This document shows positions 58,651-64,000 of a DNA stretch of 64,000 nucleotides, one piece after another. Within the stretch, counting starts at the first letter, position 1. Each line of letters begins with the position of its first letter. The DNA is from Vicinamibacterales bacterium (GTDB lineage: Bacteria > Acidobacteriota > Vicinamibacteria > Vicinamibacterales > UBA8438): positions 3,670,091 through 3,734,090 of the forward strand of contig OZ244881.1 of the NCBI GenBank assembly GCA_965221305.1, given 5' to 3'. The position numbers were made by a program, and so were the translations under genes. The notes beneath the pieces were generated by a model that worked only from the letters and a program-made list of their open reading frames with translations, was not told where the DNA came from and did not search any database.

Positions 58651-60288
58651 CTACTCGCTCTCGCGGATGGTCGGGTACTCGATCCCGAGCTGCTCCAGGT
58701 AGGTGTCGTAGCGCGACGGGTCGTAATAGTAGCGCTCGAGCTGCGGCTTGAACGTCTGCATGATCTCGGCGTTCAGCCAGATCGCGGGCTCGTCCTCGGG
58801 CCGCAGGAACGAGGTGTACTCGGTGTCCGCCTTCTGGACCGTCTCGAAGTAGTCGCGCGCGTCGTCGACCAGCGACGGGGTCAGCAGGATGTCCAGCAGG
58901 GTCCGGGCGAAGACCTTGGCGCCGGCGGTGGCCCCCTTGTGGGCGATGGGGGTGGCCATGGCGATGGTCTTGTTCCAGTTGTGGTTCTGTCCGCCGGGGA
59001 TGTTCGACGGGAAGCGGAGCACGACGGTGGGCGTGACCCACGAAATGTCCCCGATGTCGTCCGACCCGCCGCCCCGCCGCTGCGAGTCGGGAATGTCCTC
59101 GCGGCCCCGCAGCGCCTCGCCGATCTCCGTCGGGAGCCCGCGCTCCTCGACCCCGAGCTCCTTCTGCAGCGCCCGGGCCAGCCGTTGGTCCTTCTCGCTC
59201 CACCCGGGCATGCCGACGTCGAGCATGTTGGCGTGCACCGCCTCCGCCAGCGGCCGGTTCATGTGCTGCGGCCACGCCGCCCCGAGCACGCGCGAATCCA
59301 CGGTGGTGCTCGTCATCAGGGCGGCGCCCTCGGCCATGCGGTCGCCGAGTTCCCACATGCGCATGATGCTCGGGTAATCGGTCTCGCGGAAGAAGTACCA
59401 GACGGCGGCGGTCGGGGGCACCACGTTGGGCTGGTCGCCGCCGTCGGTGATGACGTAGTGCGAGCGCTGCTGGATGCGGAGGTGCTCGCGGCGGAAGTTC
59501 CAGCCGATGTTCATCAGCTCGACCGCGTCGAGGGCGCTGCGCCCGTCCCACGGCGAGCCGGCGCCGTGGGCGCTCTCGCCCTCGAACAGGTACTCGACCG
59601 ACACCATGCCGTTGCCCGCGCTCTCGCCCCAGCTCGTCGTCATGTCGCTGCTGACGTGCGAGTAGAGGACGATGTCGACGTCGTCGAACAGGCCCGCCCG
59701 GACGTAGTAGGCCTTGGCCCCGAGCTGCTCCTCGGCGATGCCCGGCCAGATGACGAGGGTGCCGGGCAGGTTCTCGCGCTGCATGACCTTCTGGACCGCG
59801 AGGGCGGCGGTGATGTTGAGGGCCTGGCCCGAGTTGTGCCCCTCGCCGTGGCCGGGGGCGCCGGGGACGAGGGGGTCGCGATAGGCGACCCCGGGCTTCT
59901 GCGACGACTGGGGGATGCCGTCGACGTCGGTGCCCAGGGCGATGACGGGGGAGCCGGAGCCCCAGGTCGCCCACCATGCGCTGGGGATGTCCGCCACGCC
60001 GTGCTCCACCGTGAACCCGTGGTCCTCGAGGATGCCGGTGACGTAGCGCTGCGTCTCGAACTCCTGGAAGCCCAGCTCGCCGAAGCTGAAGATCATGTCG
60101 ACCATCTGCTGGGTGAAGTCGCGGCGGCTGTCGACGTCGACGACGACCTCGGCCTTCAGGTCGGCGAGTTGCGAGGACGCCTGCCGCGACGCGGCCGCGG
60201 TCGTCGTCGGCCCCGGCTGCGGCAGGGAGAGCAGGACGAGGGCGCCGGTTGCGGCGGCGGTGGCCCAGGTGAGAGGTGCAAGGCGCAT
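58651..60288 (-). CDS. Exported M20-family amidohydrolase (AbgB / aminobenzoyl-glutamate hydrolase subunit B-like)
   Basis: 545 aa. Signal peptide (TAAATGALVLLSL). M20D-type motifs (GTDVDGIP, GHGEGHNSG, GIAEEQLGAKAY, GESAHGAGSPWDGRSALDA). Confidence 0.8.
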   Translation of the reverse strand: MRLAPLTWATAAATGALVLLSLPQPGPTTTAAASRQASSQLADLKAEVVVDVDSRRDFTQQMVDMIFSFGELGFQEFETQRYVTGILEDHGFTVEHGVADIPSAWWATWGSGSPVIALGTDVDGIPQSSQKPGVAYRDPLVPGAPGHGEGHNSGQALNITAALAVQKVMQRENLPGTLVIWPGIAEEQLGAKAYYVRAGLFDDVDIVLYSHVSSDMTTSWGESAGNGMVSVEYLFEGESAHGAGSPWDGRSALDAVELMNIGWNFRREHLRIQQRSHYVITDGGDQPNVVPPTAAVWYFFRETDYPSIMRMWELGDRMAEGAALMTSTTVDSRVLGAAWPQHMNRPLAEAVHANMLDVGMPGWSEKDQRLARALQKELGVEERGLPTEIGEALRGREDIPDSQRRGGGSDDIGDISWVTPTVVLRFPSNIPGGQNHNWNKTIAMATPIAHKGATAGAKVFARTLLDILLTPSLVDDARDYFETVQKADTEYTSFLRPEDEPAIWLNAEIMQTFKPQLERYYYDPSRYDTYLEQLGIEYPTIRESE

Positions 60289-60595
60289 GATGTTCTCCCG
60301 AAAGTGGCGATCCCGGTTCGACGGCCGGTCGACGCCTGCCGTTGAAGCGTCGAATACGCAATCCTATGGCATTTTCGCCCGGTTCCGCACCAGGGATCCA
60401 CCAGGCATCCGCACCGGCCCCGCACCGGCCGCCCTGCGGAGCCCGGCGGCTCGCGACGCCCCCCGGCGTGCTCCCTCGTCACGCCTTGCCGCGCCGGGCG
60501 GCTTGCACTTCCGCCGCTGGCTGCGCGACCCTCGCCGGTCTCGGAGCCGCCGCGAATCCGCCACGGGCCGGGCGGTCCGGGGGTTCCGTGCGAAA

Positions 60596-61900
60596 ATGGA
60601 CCGGCAGAGAGGAGCCGTCTTGCGACACGCCGGAGCCGCCCCGCGCTACGCGCTCACCACCTTCGGTTGCCGCGTCAACCAGGCTGATTCGTTGAAGCTG
60701 GAACAGCAGCTCCGCGCCCGCGGCGCCACCCCGGCGCCGGTCGCCGAGGCCGACGTGGTGGTCGTCAACAGTTGCTCGGTGACGGCGGCGGCCGACCAGG
60801 GAGTCCGGCAGGCGCTGCGCCGGGCGGCGCGCGAGAACCCCGGCGCGCGGGTGGTCGCCACCGGCTGCTACGCGACCCGCGCGGGTCACGAGATCGCGGC
60901 GCTGCCGGGCGCGCCCGAGGTGGTGCCCAACGACGAGAAGGAGACCCTCGTCGAGCGGCTGCTGCCGGGCGCAGAGACCACCGCCGACCGCTTCGGGGAC
61001 GGTGCGGGGCCGTGCGGCGCCCTCGTCTCGCCGTCGAGCATCGGCCGCGTGGCGTTCATGCTGCGCGTGCAGACCGGCTGCGACGAGGCCTGCTCCTATT
61101 GCATCATTCCCACGACGAGGGGCCGCGGGCGCAGCCTCGACCACCGCCGCGTGCTGGCCGCCGTCGGCCACGCGGCGGAGAGCGGCTTCCACGAGGTGGT
61201 GCTGACCGGGGTCCACTTGGGCTCCTATGGGCGCGACCTGGACCCGCCGTCCAGCCTGACCGCCCTGCTGCGGGCCATCGACGGCCATCCGTCGGACGTG
61301 ACCTGCCGCATCAGCTCGCTCGAGCCGATGGACTGCCCGCCGGAGCTGGTGGACCTGGTCGCCGCGAGCGGGCGCTTCGCACCGCACTTCCACCTGCCGC
61401 TGCAGCACGCGAGCGACCGCGTGCTCGCTCGCATGCGGCGCCCCTACACGCTGGACGGTTACCGGCGCGTCGTCGACCGGGTGCGCGAGCGGATGCCCGA
61501 CGCGGGCATCGGCGCCGACCTCATCGCGGGGTTCCCGGGCGAGGAGGGCGAGGACGCGCGTCGGACGCTGGACTATGTGGCGTCCAGCCCTCTGACCTAT
61601 CTGCATGTCTTCCCGTACTCGCCCCGCGAGGGGACCGAGGCGTGCGGACTGCCCGACCGCGTGCCGGGTCCGGTGGTTCGGGATCGGGCGCGCGACCTGC
61701 GGGACGCCGGCGCCGAGCTGGCCCGTCGGTTTCGCCGGCGTCAGGTCGGCGCCGTGCGGCCCGGCCTCACCCTCGACGGCGGGGCGGTGGTCGCCACCGA
61801 CAACTACCTGAAGGTCCGCGTGCCGCCCGCCGGCGCCGCCAACCGGCGCGTCCGCGTGCGCATCACCGGGGCCGACCCCCTCGTCGGCGCCCTGGTGTGA
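60596..61900 (+). CDS. mtaB: Radical-SAM methylthiotransferase, MtaB-like (MiaB family)
   Basis: 434 aa from ATG 60596. UPF0004 domain (TFGCRVNQADS, VVVVNSCSVT). Radical-SAM cluster CDEACSYCIIP. C-terminal TRAM-like domain. Confidence 0.85.
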   Translation: MDRQRGAVLRHAGAAPRYALTTFGCRVNQADSLKLEQQLRARGATPAPVAEADVVVVNSCSVTAAADQGVRQALRRAARENPGARVVATGCYATRAGHEIAALPGAPEVVPNDEKETLVERLLPGAETTADRFGDGAGPCGALVSPSSIGRVAFMLRVQTGCDEACSYCIIPTTRGRGRSLDHRRVLAAVGHAAESGFHEVVLTGVHLGSYGRDLDPPSSLTALLRAIDGHPSDVTCRISSLEPMDCPPELVDLVAASGRFAPHFHLPLQHASDRVLARMRRPYTLDGYRRVVDRVRERMPDAGIGADLIAGFPGEEGEDARRTLDYVASSPLTYLHVFPYSPREGTEACGLPDRVPGPVVRDRARDLRDAGAELARRFRRRQVGAVRPGLTLDGGAVVATDNYLKVRVPPAGAANRRVRVRITGADPLVGALV

Positions 61901-61958
61901 CACGGTCGGCGGGGCCGTTCCCGGCCCGCCGAACGTCGTCGTCGTCGGCTACGCTTGG

Positions 61959-61980
61959 CGCCCGGCGAACCCGCCGGGCG
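61959..61980 (+). terminator. 9-bp-stem GC hairpin about 60 nt downstream of mtaB
   Basis: cgcccggcg (61959-61967), loop aacc, cgccgggcg (61972-61980), followed by tt. Confidence 0.35.
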
Positions 61981-62184
61981 TTCGCGCCGCTCCACCGCGC
62001 AGACTCCCGGCATGCTTCCGTCACCGATGGCTCATGCGCGCGGCCCCCGGTGGCGCTGCAACGGGGCGGAATGTCGTCGCGGGAGGTGTGCGATACTGGC
62101 GACCGCTGAGCGCAGGGGGGGCGACATCGTGAGCGCCGAGTTCGTCACGCCTGCCCGGCTCGCAAGATCCGCAGGGAGCACACC

Positions 62185-64000
62185 ATGAGAAAAACGACGC
62201 TGTCGGTCGTGGGCGTGGCCGGTGGGCTGCTGCTGGCCGGTCCCGCTCCGGTGTCGGCCCAGTACGGCGCCACCGGTGGGGAGTGGCGCACCTACGCCGG
62301 CGACCAGGGCAGCACCAAGTACTCGCCGCTCGACGAGATAGACGCGGCGAACTTCGAGGAGCTGCGCATCGCGTGGCGATGGCAGTCGGCCGACGGCGCC
62401 CTCGATCTCGATACGTTGCGCGAGCGGCTGGGCGAGTTCTCGATCCGGGGGTTCCAGGTGACGCCGCTCATGATCGACGGCACCCTGTACCTGTCGACGG
62501 CCCTCTACCAGGTCGCGGCCATCGATGCCGGCACCGGCGAGACCCGTTGGGTCTACGACCCGCAGGTGTACCAGGAGGGCCTGCCGACTCACGGCTACGG
62601 CTCGCGCGGCATCGCGTACTGGGCCGACGAGGAGGGCGGCGACGAACGCATCTTCTGGGGCACGAGCGAAGGCTGGCTGCATGCCGTCGACGCGAGGACG
62701 GGGCGGCCGGTCGCCGGGTTCGGCGCCGGCGGTCGCGTGGACCTGACCGAGGGCATTCCCCGCGCGGACCGGCGTGACGTGAACTACCAGGGACGCAACC
62801 TGCTCGGGGTCAAGTCGCCGCCGGTGGTCATGCGCGACGTCGTCGTCACCCCCACGATCATCTCCGACTTCGTCATTCGCCGGGAGGCGCCGCCGGGTTG
62901 GGTGAAGGGCATCGACGCCCGCACCGGCGACACTCGTTGGGTCTTCCGCACCGTGCCGCAGGGGGACGACTTCGGGGCCGACACCTGGCTGAACGAGTCG
63001 TGGCGCTACTCGGGGAACGCCAATATCTGGCCGCCGATGAGCGGCGACGAGGAGACCGGCTACGTCTTCCTTCCGACGGGCACCCCCACCAGCGACTACT
63101 ACGGCGGGCACCGGCCGGGCGACAACCTGTTCGCGGAGAGCATAGTCGCCGTCGACATCGAGACCGGCCAGCGCATGTGGCACTTCCAGGCGGTGCACCA
63201 CGGGGTCTGGGACTATGACTTTCCGGCCGCGCCGACCCTCGTCGACATCACCGTCGACGGACGTCCCGTCAAGGCCCTCGCCCAGGTGAGCAAGCAGGGC
63301 TTCACCTACGTCTTCGACCGGGTGACGGGCGACCCGGTGTGGCCCATCGAGGAGCGTCCGGTCGAGACCGACACCGACCTCGAGGGCGAGGTGCTCTCGC
63401 CGACGCAGCCGTTCCCGACGAAGCCGCCCCCGTTCGAATACCAGGGCATCGGCATCGACGACCTCGTCGACTTCACCCCTGAGATCCGGGCCCTCGCCGT
63501 CGAGGCGGTCCGGAACTTCCGGCTCGGGCCGCTCTTCACGCCGCCGATGCTCAGCGTCGAGGGCGGCCTGCAGGGCACGATTCAGCGGCCGCATATCGCG
63601 GGTGGGGCGAGCTGGAGCGGGGCCGCCGCCGACCCCGAGACGGGTCTGCTGTACGTTCCTTCGGAGAACCGCTTCTCGGTCATCAAGTACTACACCCCCG
63701 ACCCCGCCGAAGGCGGCAACCTGCGCTATACGCAGGCCGACTTCGACAGCGGCACCCAGCCCGCCATGCCCCAGGGCCTGCCGCTGCTCAAGCCGCCGTA
63801 CTCGCGCATGACCGCCATCGACCTGAACGCCGGCGAGCACGCCTGGATGCAGCCCAACGGCGACGGCGATCGGCTGCGCAATCACCCGCGGCTGCGCGAC
63901 CTCGATCTCCCGCCCCTCGGCGGCGAGGGCCACGGCGGACCGCTGCTCACGCGGACGCTGCTGATCAGCGCACTGTCCGCCGGTGGCTCCGACGGCGGGC
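62185..64000 (+). CDS. PQQ-dependent dehydrogenase (8-bladed beta-propeller quinoprotein), 3' end truncated by the window edge
   Basis: This ORF is not in the supplied track because it has no stop inside the window. ATG 62185 is preceded by agggag. Signal peptide (VVGVAGGLLLAGPAPVSAQ). Quinoprotein blocks (EWRTYAGDQGSTKYSPLDEI, FQVTPLMIDGTLYLST, AIDAGTGETRWVYDP, GDNLFAESIVAVDIETGQRMWHFQAVHHGVWDYD, KQGFTYVFDRVTGDPVWPIEE). I translated it by hand to position 64000 with no stop. Confidence 0.85.
   Translation, partial: MRKTTLSVVGVAGGLLLAGPAPVSAQYGATGGEWRTYAGDQGSTKYSPLDEIDAANFEELRIAWRWQSADGALDLDTLRERLGEFSIRGFQVTPLMIDGTLYLSTALYQVAAIDAGTGETRWVYDPQVYQEGLPTHGYGSRGIAYWADEEGGDERIFWGTSEGWLHAVDARTGRPVAGFGAGGRVDLTEGIPRADRRDVNYQGRNLLGVKSPPVVMRDVVVTPTIISDFVIRREAPPGWVKGIDARTGDTRWVFRTVPQGDDFGADTWLNESWRYSGNANIWPPMSGDEETGYVFLPTGTPTSDYYGGHRPGDNLFAESIVAVDIETGQRMWHFQAVHHGVWDYDFPAAPTLVDITVDGRPVKALAQVSKQGFTYVFDRVTGDPVWPIEERPVETDTDLEGEVLSPTQPFPTKPPPFEYQGIGIDDLVDFTPEIRALAVEAVRNFRLGPLFTPPMLSVEGGLQGTIQRPHIAGGASWSGAAADPETGLLYVPSENRFSVIKYYTPDPAEGGNLRYTQADFDSGTQPAMPQGLPLLKPPYSRMTAIDLNAGEHAWMQPNGDGDRLRNHPRLRDLDLPPLGGEGHGGPLLTRTLLISALSAGGSDGG

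Overview
High-G+C chromosomal segment (about 70% by eye, not computed) from a diderm bacterium. The gene content (ADOP duplicated permease, TatT-type TRAP transporter, many secreted Zn peptidases) suggests Gemmatimonadota or Acidobacteriota, but that is a guess. I support about 46 protein-coding genes, mostly housekeeping and transport. Metabolic genes: class I fumarase, sdhCAB, FadJ-like beta-oxidation enzyme, AlaC-like aminotransferase, ThiO, MtaB, PlsB-like acyltransferase, and a partial PQQ dehydrogenase at the 3' edge. Transport genes: LolCDE-like ABC system, TctCBA, TatT-DctP-DctQM TRAP system, SSS symporter with its DUF3311 partner, NhaC, HupE, and an ADOP permease. At least five secreted or exported peptidases are present (M28, M14, LRR-metzincin, DUF5117-type, M20). 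There is also a Phd/VapC toxin-antitoxin pair, a more A/T-rich islet with a solitary PDDEXK (HsdR_N-like) nuclease beside an ankyrin-gene remnant, and a TerC-gene remnant. I found no rRNA, tRNA, CRISPR array, transposase, integrase or phage genes. The many long antisense ORFs in the track are high-GC artefacts. The most unusual signal is structural rather than a gene cluster. The window holds an excess of short (13-130 bp) tandem duplications, and at least eight of them straddle a gene's stop or start codon. These include a 4-copy array of a permease 3' end inside an operon, a 3-plus-copy array of an acyltransferase 3' end, 20-22 bp stop-spanning duplications at sdhC, dctP and an M14 peptidase, and a 5' duplication that creates an ATGA-coupled uORF. 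Notable proteins are a plant-type LRR + metzincin + Ig-like secreted protein and a GH-like + GT2 + membrane-domain fusion.
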